A DNA stretch of 64,000 nt from assembly GCA_963771355.1 (NCBI GenBank), contig CAVYTA010000005.1:576001-640000 (forward strand). Reading direction: 5' to 3'. A program made the translations under genes and the position numbers. The notes under the pieces are model-generated. The model saw nothing but the letters and a program-made list of their open reading frames with translations, searched no databases and was not told where the DNA came from. This document shows positions 29,336-37,591 of the stretch, piece by piece (the first letter of the stretch is position 1; every line of letters starts with the position of its first letter). This DNA is from an uncultured Candidatus Rokubacteria bacterium (lineage in GTDB: Bacteria; Methylomirabilota; Methylomirabilia; Rokubacteriales; CSP1-6).

Positions 29336-32086
29336 CTAGGCTGCCGAGGTGCGCTCGGCGGGCTCGGGCGTGTTGACCCGCTGGGGAGCGGGCCGCGGCA
29401 TCAGCCGCAACACCACCGGCAGGACCAGCAGGGCAGCGACGAGGGCGCACGCCGTGCCGATCGTCAGTAGCAGCCCCAGCCCGAGAATGCCCTGGTGGCG
29501 GGACACCATCATGCTCCCGAACCCCACGATGGTGGTGAAGGCATTGAGCGACACGCCCATCACCGCGCTCCGCTGGACGAGCGGGCCGCCGTGCTCGCGT
29601 CCCTCCAGATAGCTCATCACCACGTTGAGGCCGAACTCCGCCGCGGTGCCGATGATGAGCGGCAGGCCCCACACGTTGGCGAGCGTGAACTTGAGGCCGA
29701 ACACCCACATGAGGCCGATGGTCCAGAGCAGCCCGATCACCAGGGGCAGGAGCGCGAGACCGGTCTCGCGGAACCGGCGGAGCTTCAGGAAGATCAGGAC
29801 GCTGACGAGCACGAAGGCGTAGGCGGTGCCTTGAAGGTACGCGTGCTCCATGAGGCGGATCGCCTCGAAGGTGATGACGGGGGCGCCGGTGACGTCGGGA
29901 GCCACCGTGCGCAGCTCGCGCACGAAGCGCTCCGCCCCCTCGCGCTCCCAGATGTCCACCTTGGGATGGACCTGGAGCAGGAAGTGCCCGCTGGCGCCGA
30001 TGAACTTGCGGCGGAGCTCGTCGGGGACGTCGGCCAGCGTCACCGGCCGGGGCTGCAGGTTGCGCTGGAGCGCGTAGAACTTCGCCACGAAGTCCCGATA
30101 GAGCTGCGCCTGCAGGTGGGTGAGGGCGGGCTCGGCCACGTCGCGGTCGATGGTCTCCAGGCGCTTCAGCAAGGTGCCGCTCATCTCACGGACCTTGCGA
30201 AGCTCGGGGGGGAGCTTGTGGCTGCCCTCCGCCGCGGCCATGTCGAACCGGCGCTTGAGGTCGCGCACCACGCGGGCCAGGTGCTCGAGGTCCACCGGGC
30301 TCGAGCGGCCGATCTTCACCGGCGCCACCAGCGGGGCGAAGGTCTTGATGAGCGCGATCTTCTCCGGCTGATCCTCGGGGATGAGACGGAGCACGGAATC
30401 CACTTCGGACACGGTGGAGAGCTTCTCGAACCCCGCCTGCAGTCGCCGCAGCTCCGCCAGGCTGTCGGCGGAAACGAGGCCATTGAAGCCGGAGCGGCCG
30501 GTGGTGGCGAGGATGCGCTTTTCCCAGGCCACCGACTCCGTGCCCTTGGCCTGCAGGTTCAGCAGGTTGTAGTCGAAGGCCACCGACGGCAGGGCCCACA
30601 GCGACACCACGGTGATGGCGCCGGCGACGGTGAGCACGGCCACCGGATAGCGCGTGACCCGCTCGAGGAGCGGCACCCGGATCCGCTCCAGCTCGTGCGC
30701 GCGCGGCTGGTGGTCCCGGGGCCGGCGGGCGTGGCGGCGATCCACCAGGACCAGCACCGCCGGGAACACCGTCATCATGGCCAGCCACGAGAGCATGATG
30801 GCCAGTCCCGCGATGTAGCCCAGCTCCTTGATGCCGCGGAACTCCGTGAGCATCAGCACGAAGAAGGTGCCGCCCGCGGTGAGGGCGCCCAGCAGCATGC
30901 CGGGCCCGGTGCGGGCGGCGGTGATCTCGAGGGCCTCGTTGAGGCGGCGGCCGAGGAAGAGCTCCTCCTCGTAGCGGAAGAGAAAATAGATCCCGTAGTC
31001 GATGCCGATCCCGACCACGATGGAGATGAACATCACCGAGAAGATGGTGAGGTGGCCGAGGGTGAGGGTGATGACCCCCAGCGACCAGGCGATGCTCACC
31101 GCGAGCACGCCGAGCATCAGGATGGGCTTGCCCAGGCGCCAGTAGGCCAGCCCCATGATGCCCAGGGTGAGGACGAACGAGAGCACGGCGGCCACCTGGC
31201 TGTCCTGGAAGGCGGCCGACATCTCGTCGTTGGAGAGCACCGGAGCCCCGGTGACCCCCGCCTGGACGTTCGGGAACACCGCACGCAGGCGGGTCACCGC
31301 GTCCCGGATGACCTCGATGGCCTTGGCGTCGCCGGTGAAGCTCGACTTGTCGCCCTTGGGGGTCTCCACCAGCACGAAGAGGAGGCTCTTGTCGTCGGAG
31401 AGGAAGTAGCCGGCGTCGGGACCCGTGTCCTTGCCGAACGAGAAGAGGGTGGCCCAGGGGGAGCGGTAGGGGGTGGGCCGATCGAGCCGCTGCTCGATCT
31501 GCTCGAGCAGGACCTGCAGGAAGCGCGTGTCGGCGGGCCCTTCGTCGGCGATGCCGAGGTCGAACACGTTGTTCATGAAGGCCTGGGCGAACTGGACGTT
31601 CACTCCCTCGAGGAGCCGGGCCAGGCTGGGATCGTGGGCGAAGCCCTCCATGAACTCCTGATGGTCGAAGATCTTGTCGCGGATCTCCCGGAGCTTCTCG
31701 GTGGAGAGGTACAGGAGCTGGCGGCCCTCGAAGCGCTTGGGATCGATGCGGTACGACAGGCGCGGGAACTTCACCGGCGAGGCGCGGAGCTCCTGGACGA
31801 GGCGGCTCGCGTAGGCCTTGGCCGCCTCGAAGGTGGGAGCGTCCACCACCACCACGATGTCCTCGAGCTCGCCGAAGTCGCGCGCGTACTCCGCATACTT
31901 CGTCACGTAGCCCGCGTTCTGCGGCAGCACGTCGCGCCCGGAGGTCTTGAAGCCCATGCTCTGCACGGTGACGAGGATGCCGGCGGCGGCGAGGGCGAGG
32001 GCCAGGGTCACCGTCACCAGCGGGCGGCGGCAGGACAGCCGAACGAGCCGGCGAAGCAAGCGACCGGTTCGCGAGATGGCAATCAT
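29336..32086 (-). CDS. hpnN: MMPL/RND hopanoid transporter, HpnN-like
   Basis: Two SSD/MMPL halves (GVTGAPVL, GIGIDYGIY, TGAPVITFE, GFGSM) in the shc operon. Confidence 0.82.
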   Translation of the reverse strand: MIAISRTGRLLRRLVRLSCRRPLVTVTLALALAAAGILVTVQSMGFKTSGRDVLPQNAGYVTKYAEYARDFGELEDIVVVVDAPTFEAAKAYASRLVQELRASPVKFPRLSYRIDPKRFEGRQLLYLSTEKLREIRDKIFDHQEFMEGFAHDPSLARLLEGVNVQFAQAFMNNVFDLGIADEGPADTRFLQVLLEQIEQRLDRPTPYRSPWATLFSFGKDTGPDAGYFLSDDKSLLFVLVETPKGDKSSFTGDAKAIEVIRDAVTRLRAVFPNVQAGVTGAPVLSNDEMSAAFQDSQVAAVLSFVLTLGIMGLAYWRLGKPILMLGVLAVSIAWSLGVITLTLGHLTIFSVMFISIVVGIGIDYGIYFLFRYEEELFLGRRLNEALEITAARTGPGMLLGALTAGGTFFVLMLTEFRGIKELGYIAGLAIMLSWLAMMTVFPAVLVLVDRRHARRPRDHQPRAHELERIRVPLLERVTRYPVAVLTVAGAITVVSLWALPSVAFDYNLLNLQAKGTESVAWEKRILATTGRSGFNGLVSADSLAELRRLQAGFEKLSTVSEVDSVLRLIPEDQPEKIALIKTFAPLVAPVKIGRSSPVDLEHLARVVRDLKRRFDMAAAEGSHKLPPELRKVREMSGTLLKRLETIDRDVAEPALTHLQAQLYRDFVAKFYALQRNLQPRPVTLADVPDELRRKFIGASGHFLLQVHPKVDIWEREGAERFVRELRTVAPDVTGAPVITFEAIRLMEHAYLQGTAYAFVLVSVLIFLKLRRFRETGLALLPLVIGLLWTIGLMWVFGLKFTLANVWGLPLIIGTAAEFGLNVVMSYLEGREHGGPLVQRSAVMGVSLNAFTTIVGFGSMMVSRHQGILGLGLLLTIGTACALVAALLVLPVVLRLMPRPAPQRVNTPEPAERTSAA

Positions 32087-32123
32087 GGGGCGTCGTCCGG
32101 GCGGCGCACTCGGGGCGAGGGCG

Positions 32124-33197
32124 CTACTCGGCGGCGGCGATGAAGCGCGCGAGGCGCTCGTGCGCCTCGTCGTCCGACCATTGCTCGGGCGGGGACTTCA
32201 TGAGATAGGCGGAGGGCGCGGCGAGCGCGCCCTTGAGGCCTCGGTCCATGGCCATCTTGCAGCAGCGGATGGCGTCGATGACCACGCCGGCGGAATTGGG
32301 CGAGTCCCACACCTCCAGCTTCAGCTCGACATTGATGGGCTGATCGCCGAAACCGCGCCCTTCCAGGCGGATGTGGGCCCACTTGCGATCGGCCAGCCAC
32401 GGCACGTAGTCGCTGGGCCCGATATGAATGGAGTCGTCCGACATCTCGTGGGCGAGCTGGGAGCGCACCGAGTCGGTCTTGGAGGTCTTCTTCGACTCCA
32501 GCCGCGAGCGCTCGAGCATGTTGTAGAAGTCGGTGTTGCCCCCCACGTTGAGCTGGCTGGTCCGGTCCAGCCGGACCCCTCGGTCCATGAAGAGCCGGGT
32601 CAGCACGCGGTGCACGATGGTGGCGCCCACCTGGGACTTCACGTCGTCGCCCACCACCGGGAGGCCCCGGTCTTCGAAGCGGCGTCGCCAGTACTCTTCG
32701 CGAGCGATGAAGACCGGGATGCAGTTGACGAACCCGCAGCCGGCGTCGAGGATCTGCTCGACGTACCACTTGGTCGCCATCTCGCTGCCCACGGGCAGGA
32801 AGTTCACCACCACGTCGGTGCGGGTCTCCCGCAGGATGCCCGCGATGTCGGCGGTGGAGCCGGTCGCTTTGGTGATCACCTGGGAGAGATAGTGCCCGAG
32901 GCCGTCGTGGGTCATGCCCCGGTGGACGGGCACGCCCAGGTCGGGGACCTCCGCGAAGGACACCGTGTTGTTGGGCGCGGTGAAGATGGCCTTGGACAGG
33001 TCGGTGCCCACCTTGTGGGCGTCGATGTCGAAGGCGGCGGAGAATTCAATGTCGCCCACGTGGTAGGGACCCAGGCGCGGGCGCATGAGACCGGGGACGA
33101 ATCCGTCGTCCGGCGCGCTCCGGTAGTAGTGCACGCCCTGGACGAGGGCCGACGCGCAGTTCCCCACTCCCACGATCGCGACCCGCACTGCTCCCAC
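32124..33197 (-). CDS. ino1: myo-Inositol-3(1)-phosphate synthase
   Basis: [57 protein letters not shown] before GTG 33197. Confidence 0.93.
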   Translation of the reverse strand: MGAVRVAIVGVGNCASALVQGVHYYRSAPDDGFVPGLMRPRLGPYHVGDIEFSAAFDIDAHKVGTDLSKAIFTAPNNTVSFAEVPDLGVPVHRGMTHDGLGHYLSQVITKATGSTADIAGILRETRTDVVVNFLPVGSEMATKWYVEQILDAGCGFVNCIPVFIAREEYWRRRFEDRGLPVVGDDVKSQVGATIVHRVLTRLFMDRGVRLDRTSQLNVGGNTDFYNMLERSRLESKKTSKTDSVRSQLAHEMSDDSIHIGPSDYVPWLADRKWAHIRLEGRGFGDQPINVELKLEVWDSPNSAGVVIDAIRCCKMAMDRGLKGALAAPSAYLMKSPPEQWSDDEAHERLARFIAAAE

Positions 33198-33267
33198 GCG
33201 CGCCTCCAGGTGATGTGTCGTCCCGCGCAGCGCCACCGAGTCTAGCACATCGAGCCGGAGGGGACGG

Positions 33268-34269
33268 TTACCCCTCCGCGTTCTCGTCGATCATCGATGT
33301 CGGAACCGGCGTGGGTCGGGCGGAGAGCGCGGCGAGGGTGAGCAGCCCGGCGGTGGCCCAGGTGCCCTCGCGCAGTCGGCGCACCAGCGTGTAGGACAGG
33401 CCGATCGCCCCGCCGTAACCGAAGGCGGCGAAGATCGCCATGTTGCCCCCCTCCAGCGCGCCGAGCGAGCCGGGAATCATGAAGCTCGCGAACTTCACCG
33501 CCGCGCCGAACGACTCCATCACCACCGCGGTGAGGAGGGTCACCGGCAGACCGAGAAAGTTGAGCACGAGGTAGATCTCGAGACTCCCCACCGTCCACGC
33601 GAGGAGATGCACGAGGACCGCGCCCACCAGGCGGCCCCGATGGCCACGGTAGAAGCGCAACAGCGCGCGATCCAGCCCCTCCAGCCGCTCCTGATTGCTC
33701 GAGTTCGGTCCCATGCCGAACCGCGCGAGGAGCCGGCCCCCGCGTCCGGCCGCTCCGAGGAGCTGGACCACGACGAAGCCGGTCACCGCGAGGGCCTCGA
33801 GCCCCAGGAGAATGGTCATCCCGGTGAGCACGGGCCCCGACACCGGCACCAGGGTCCGCGCGAGGACAAGTCCCAGCACGAGGAAGAGGCCCTGGCCGGT
33901 GACGATCGCGGTCTTGTCCACGATGACGGCGGCCAGGCCCTCGGGCACCGGCACCCAGTGACGGAGGAGGAACGCCTTGACGGGCTCGCCGCCCACGGAG
34001 GCGATGGGCGTGGTCGCGTTCACCGCCTCGCCGGCGAGCCGCGCGGTCCAGATCTTGGCGAAGGGCGGCACGTGATCGACGAAGGCGAGCCGCCAGGCGG
34101 TGGCGTCCAGGGTGGCGGTGAGGGCGTAGGGAAAGCAGATCACCACCAGCAGCCGCCAGGACAGCGTCCGGATCGAGTCCAGGATGGTGGTGAAGCCGAT
34201 CTGGTGGCCGAGGTAGGCGATCACGCCCACGCCCACCACCACGATCAGCGGACGGAGCAGTCGTCCCAC
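33268..34269 (-). CDS. Lysylphosphatidylglycerol-synthase-TM / flippase-like membrane protein (HpnL-like)
   Basis: [40 protein letters not shown]. Confidence 0.8.
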   Translation of the reverse strand: MGRLLRPLIVVVGVGVIAYLGHQIGFTTILDSIRTLSWRLLVVICFPYALTATLDATAWRLAFVDHVPPFAKIWTARLAGEAVNATTPIASVGGEPVKAFLLRHWVPVPEGLAAVIVDKTAIVTGQGLFLVLGLVLARTLVPVSGPVLTGMTILLGLEALAVTGFVVVQLLGAAGRGGRLLARFGMGPNSSNQERLEGLDRALLRFYRGHRGRLVGAVLVHLLAWTVGSLEIYLVLNFLGLPVTLLTAVVMESFGAAVKFASFMIPGSLGALEGGNMAIFAAFGYGGAIGLSYTLVRRLREGTWATAGLLTLAALSARPTPVPTSMIDENAEG

Positions 34270-34302
34270 GGAGGCGCGGTCGGGATGGGGTCGCTCGGCC
34301 CG

Positions 34303-35493
34303 CTAGGACGCGGCCGTCCGGCCGCGGCGGATCCGGCCCACGCACGCGATCCAGTATGACTGCGAGCCGAGGGCCACCACGAGGGCCAGCGCGGGAAGGG
34401 TGGAGGGCGCCAGCCACCGGAGCAGGACGAAGCCGAGGAGCAGGAGATAGAAGAGATCGCGGTTGCCCATGTTCTTGAGCGCGCCGCCCACCGTCTCACC
34501 TACCGCGATCTCGCGCGGGAGGTAACGCGCGAAGAAGGCGCTGAGCGCCACGCCGGCCGATCCCAGCACGCCGATGACGGTGGTGACGGCTGGGCCCGCG
34601 GAGACCGCCATGCCCAGCACGAGCCCCGAGTGGATCACGGTATCGATGGCCCAGTCGAGGTGGGCGCCGAACCGTGACTCCTGGAAGGTCAGCCGGGCCA
34701 GCTCGCCGTCGCAGTGGTCCACCACGCAGGCCATCAGGTAGACCACCACGCCCGCCGCGGCGGACAGCGGCGTGGCGTGCCAGAAGGCCCACACCGCGCC
34801 GAGGCCGATGCTGAGGCTCAGCAGGCTCACCTGATTGGGCGTGGCCGGGGTGCGGACCAGGAGGCGCGTGAGTCCGCGCGAGAGCCGCCGGTGCAGGTAG
34901 GAGTCCACGCCGGTGTCGTTGTCGGTGCCGAGCCCGGCATAGAGGAGCCGGTCGGCCTCCATGAGATCGCCGCGCCCGCGCGCGCAGAAGCACAACCCGG
35001 CGGCGGTGACCTGCTTGAGTCGTGTGGCCTCCACGTGGCGCACGAGCACCTGGCCCAGGGGCTCGCCGGCGGCGAGGGCGCAGGCCAGCCGGTCTGCGGT
35101 GTCCCCCATGACGCGGAGGACGGGGGCGCCGGCTTCCAGGGACTCCGTCAGCGCGGTCTCGGCGGTCTCCGCGAAGTCGGCCAGCAGCGGGGCCAGGGTG
35201 CGCGCCTCCACCAGCGCGGCGGCGGGCACGAGCAGGCAGCCGCCGGCGGCGAGGGCGCGCACGGCGCCGGCGTCGCCAGCGCCGAGCCAGCGGACGCGGC
35301 CGCCGAGACCGCGGGTTCCGGCGAGCAGGCGCTCGAGCTCGGCGCTGCGGAGCTGCGCGGGCACGGCGACGATCTCCGCGCCGGCGCGCGCCGCCGCCAC
35401 GATGGCCCGGAGCGCGAGAGGACGACCGGCCACCGGCACCGCGGCGAGGGCGGTACTGGCCGAATCGGTCAGGTAGAGGACGACCGCGGCCAC
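34303..35493 (-). CDS. CDP-alcohol phosphatidyltransferase with degenerate N-terminal nucleotidyltransferase-like domain
   Basis: TPNQVS and DHCDGELARLTFQESRFGAHLDWAID (DxxDGxxAR...GxxLDxxxD); N-terminal VAGRPLALR. Confidence 0.88.
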   Translation of the reverse strand: MAAVVLYLTDSASTALAAVPVAGRPLALRAIVAAARAGAEIVAVPAQLRSAELERLLAGTRGLGGRVRWLGAGDAGAVRALAAGGCLLVPAAALVEARTLAPLLADFAETAETALTESLEAGAPVLRVMGDTADRLACALAAGEPLGQVLVRHVEATRLKQVTAAGLCFCARGRGDLMEADRLLYAGLGTDNDTGVDSYLHRRLSRGLTRLLVRTPATPNQVSLLSLSIGLGAVWAFWHATPLSAAAGVVVYLMACVVDHCDGELARLTFQESRFGAHLDWAIDTVIHSGLVLGMAVSAGPAVTTVIGVLGSAGVALSAFFARYLPREIAVGETVGGALKNMGNRDLFYLLLLGFVLLRWLAPSTLPALALVVALGSQSYWIACVGRIRRGRTAAS

Positions 35494-35494
35494 C

Positions 35495-36235
35495 TCAGTG
35501 CTCGAGCCGCTCGATCCGCGGCAGCACGTCGGTTTCCGCGCGGCGAAGGTCCTCGACGAAGTCCACCTCGGTCCACGGCAGGCCGGTGACGTCCACCCAG
35601 CCCACCGGCACGCGGGTGAGGAGCCGGTGCAGCGCGTCCTCGTACTCGTTGGTGCCGCCGGTCTCGTCGATGGACTCGCCGAGGAGCCGGATGTACTCTG
35701 CCGCGTGCTGGGTGCCGCACTTGAAGAAGCCGATGCCCTCGCCGACCACTTCCCAGTGCTCCGGCACGAACTTCTTGCCCAGCGCGATGACGCGATCGCC
35801 GACCCCGTAGAGCTTGACCTCCTCGCCGGTATCGGTGAAGCCGCGGTCGATCAGCAGCGCGCTGGGCGCCGGGCAGGCGATGAGGCGGGCGAGAAACGCG
35901 TGGGGGAAGAGGACGTCGGCGTCCATCACCAGCGTGTGGTCGCGGACGAGGGTATCGCGCGCGCGCCACAGGGACAGGATGGAGCCCTTCTGGTACTCGG
36001 GGTTCTCCACGAAGCTGATCCGCATGTCGCCGCGCCGCGTCCCTGCCGCCGCCCGCACCTGATCCTGGCAGTGGCCGACCACGATCACCGTCTCGTCCAC
36101 GCCGGCCGCGGCGAGGGAGCCCAGCATCCGGTCCAGCAGGGGCCGCCCCGCGATGGGCAAGAGACACTTGTGCGTGTGATCGGTCAGCGGGGCGAGCCGG
36201 CGCGCCACCCCCGCGGCGAGCACGATGGCCTTCAT
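35495..36235 (-). CDS. Cytidylyltransferase (LicC/PntC/IPCT-like NTP transferase)
   Basis: MKAIVLAAGVARRL, KCLL.IAG, VMDADV, GEEVK, GEGIGF, EYED, WTEVDF.EDL. Confidence 0.88.
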   Translation of the reverse strand: MKAIVLAAGVARRLAPLTDHTHKCLLPIAGRPLLDRMLGSLAAAGVDETVIVVGHCQDQVRAAAGTRRGDMRISFVENPEYQKGSILSLWRARDTLVRDHTLVMDADVLFPHAFLARLIACPAPSALLIDRGFTDTGEEVKLYGVGDRVIALGKKFVPEHWEVVGEGIGFFKCGTQHAAEYIRLLGESIDETGGTNEYEDALHRLLTRVPVGWVDVTGLPWTEVDFVEDLRRAETDVLPRIERLEH

Positions 36236-36864
36236 CGCCCGCTCCCGGCGGCCACCCGCCCGAGGTCGCGCAGGGCCCCGCGAAACCGGTCCCGGATCTC
36301 CTCGGGCGGGTAGGGGATGCGTGGCGCCGGCTGCTCCTCCGGGGTGACCTTGGCCAGGATGAACGACGGGCCGTCCCCGCGCATGGCGGCGGCGGTGGCG
36401 TCGCGCAGCGCGGCCGCCTCCGTCACCGCGACCGTGGTGGCGTAGCCGGCGGCGGCGGCGAGCGCATCGAGACGCGCGTGGCGCGACGGGGACATCTGGT
36501 TACCGGTGGAGCCATACACCTCGTTGTCGAAGACGACGTGGACCAGGTTTCGCGGCCGCCGGCTTCCGGTAGTGCCCGCCCCGAGCACGGGTGCGCCGCC
36601 GATCATGGGCAGGATGCCGAGGTTCATGAGCAGGTTGCCGTCGCCGTCGAAGACCACGGTGGTGAGGTCGGGGCGGGCGAGCGTGACTCCGAGCCCGATG
36701 GCCGAGGCCAGCCCCATGGAGCCGATCATGTAGAAGTTCTGCGGCCGATCTCCCACCGAGAACGACTCGCGGCAGATGAAACCGTTGGCATGCACGACGG
36801 GCGCATCGCCGATCGCGCCGAGCGCGGCACGCAGCGCCTCCAGGCGCGAGATCCGGGGCGTCAG
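36232..36864 (-). CDS. ThDP-dependent phosphonopyruvate/sulfopyruvate decarboxylase beta subunit; start uncertain (CTG 36864, or ATG 37086/37077 across the insertion)
   Basis: NGFICRE, NFYMIGSMG.ASAIGLG, DGDGNLLM, FDNEVYGSTGNQ. Confidence 0.85.
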   Translation of the reverse strand: MTPRISRLEALRAALGAIGDAPVVHANGFICRESFSVGDRPQNFYMIGSMGLASAIGLGVTLARPDLTTVVFDGDGNLLMNLGILPMIGGAPVLGAGTTGSRRPRNLVHVVFDNEVYGSTGNQMSPSRHARLDALAAAAGYATTVAVTEAAALRDATAAAMRGDGPSFILAKVTPEEQPAPRIPYPPEEIRDRFRGALRDLGRVAAGSGR

Positions 36865-36865
36865 G

Positions 36866-37591
36866 TCAGCCCGCGAGGATTCGCGTGAGGGCGGACTTCC
36901 GACAATCACGCGCGGCGGTGAATCTCTGTCTGTTATCAGCGGGGGCCTCGAAATGGCCCCCGCTCTCCCCGTCCGCACTCGATGCGCGGGCCCCCGCTCT
37001 CCCCCCGTCCGCACTCGATGCGCGGATCGCCGCTTTCTCCCCGTCACCGCCGCGCGTGCCGTGCGCCCCCGATGCATGTTCTCCATGACCGCGCGTGGCT
37101 ATGACGCCGGGCGGGAGGAGCAGCGCCACCGGCTGGCTGAGGCGCTCCGCCTCCGCGCGGGCCCAGGCGATGTCGGCGGCCACGCTGCCGGCGGTGAGCA
37201 CGCGATGGGGCACCGCGATGAGCTCGAGGAGGCGCGGGGAGATGTCGCCCATCACGAGGTGCTCGGGGGCGTCCTTGCCCCCATGGCCGCGCCAGGTGAC
37301 GAGGAGCAGGGTGGGAAAGCGGTACATGAGCGACAGGGAGACCAGCGCGTTGAGGCTGGTGCCGAGCCCCGAGTTCTGCATGATCACCATGGGCAGGCGG
37401 CCTGCCATCCACGCCCCCGCCGCCAGGCCCACCGCGACGTCCTCGCGCACGGCGGGCACGTACGGCAGGCGGGGATGGGTCTCCAGCGCGGCGATGACCT
37501 CGCCCACCAGCGAGCAGGGCACGCCCGTGAAGAAGTCGAAGCCTTCCGACTCGGCGACGGCGACGAAGTCCTTCCCGCTGACGGCGCCTAT
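36866..37591 (-). CDS. Phosphonopyruvate/sulfopyruvate decarboxylase alpha subunit; apparent ATA start, repeat-derived C-terminal tail
   Basis: FFTGVPCS, REDVAVGLAAGA, MQNSGLG, TWRG..GKDAPEH..MG; ATAG overlap with upstream stop. Confidence 0.85.
   Translation of the reverse strand: MGAVSGKDFVAVAESEGFDFFTGVPCSLVGEVIAALETHPRLPYVPAVREDVAVGLAAGAWMAGRLPMVIMQNSGLGTSLNALVSLSLMYRFPTLLLVTWRGHGGKDAPEHLVMGDISPRLLELIAVPHRVLTAGSVAADIAWARAEAERLSQPVALLLPPGVIATRGHGEHASGAHGTRGGDGEKAAIRASSADGGRAGARASSADGESGGHFEAPADNRQRFTAARDCRKSALTRILAG
36907..37058. repeat. 152-bp element bounded by 15-bp perfect inverted repeats, with an internal hairpin and ~35-bp tandem duplication (REP/MITE-like)
   Basis: CACGCGCGGCGGTGA (36907-36921) / TCACCGCCGCGCGTG (37044-37058); hairpin AGCGGGGGCC-TCGAAAT-GGCCCCCGCT; two copies of GGCCCCCGCTCTCCCC(CC)GTCCGCACTCGATGCGCG. 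Confidence 0.75.

Noticed and set aside
32124..36235. Simple di-myo-inositol-phosphate compatible-solute operon
   Set aside because: Gene families fit, but the genes are interleaved with HpnL/HpnN and coupled to the mutase/decarboxylase, so a lipid role is more parsimonious; kept as an alternative
36955..37025. CRISPR array
   Set aside because: Only two adjacent ~35-bp copies, no unique spacers, no cas genes
36232..37591. Coenzyme M biosynthesis (comD/comE)
   Set aside because: The split decarboxylase resembles ComDE, but no comA/comB/comC is present and it is coupled to a PEP-mutase-like gene; a sulfonate substrate is not strictly excluded
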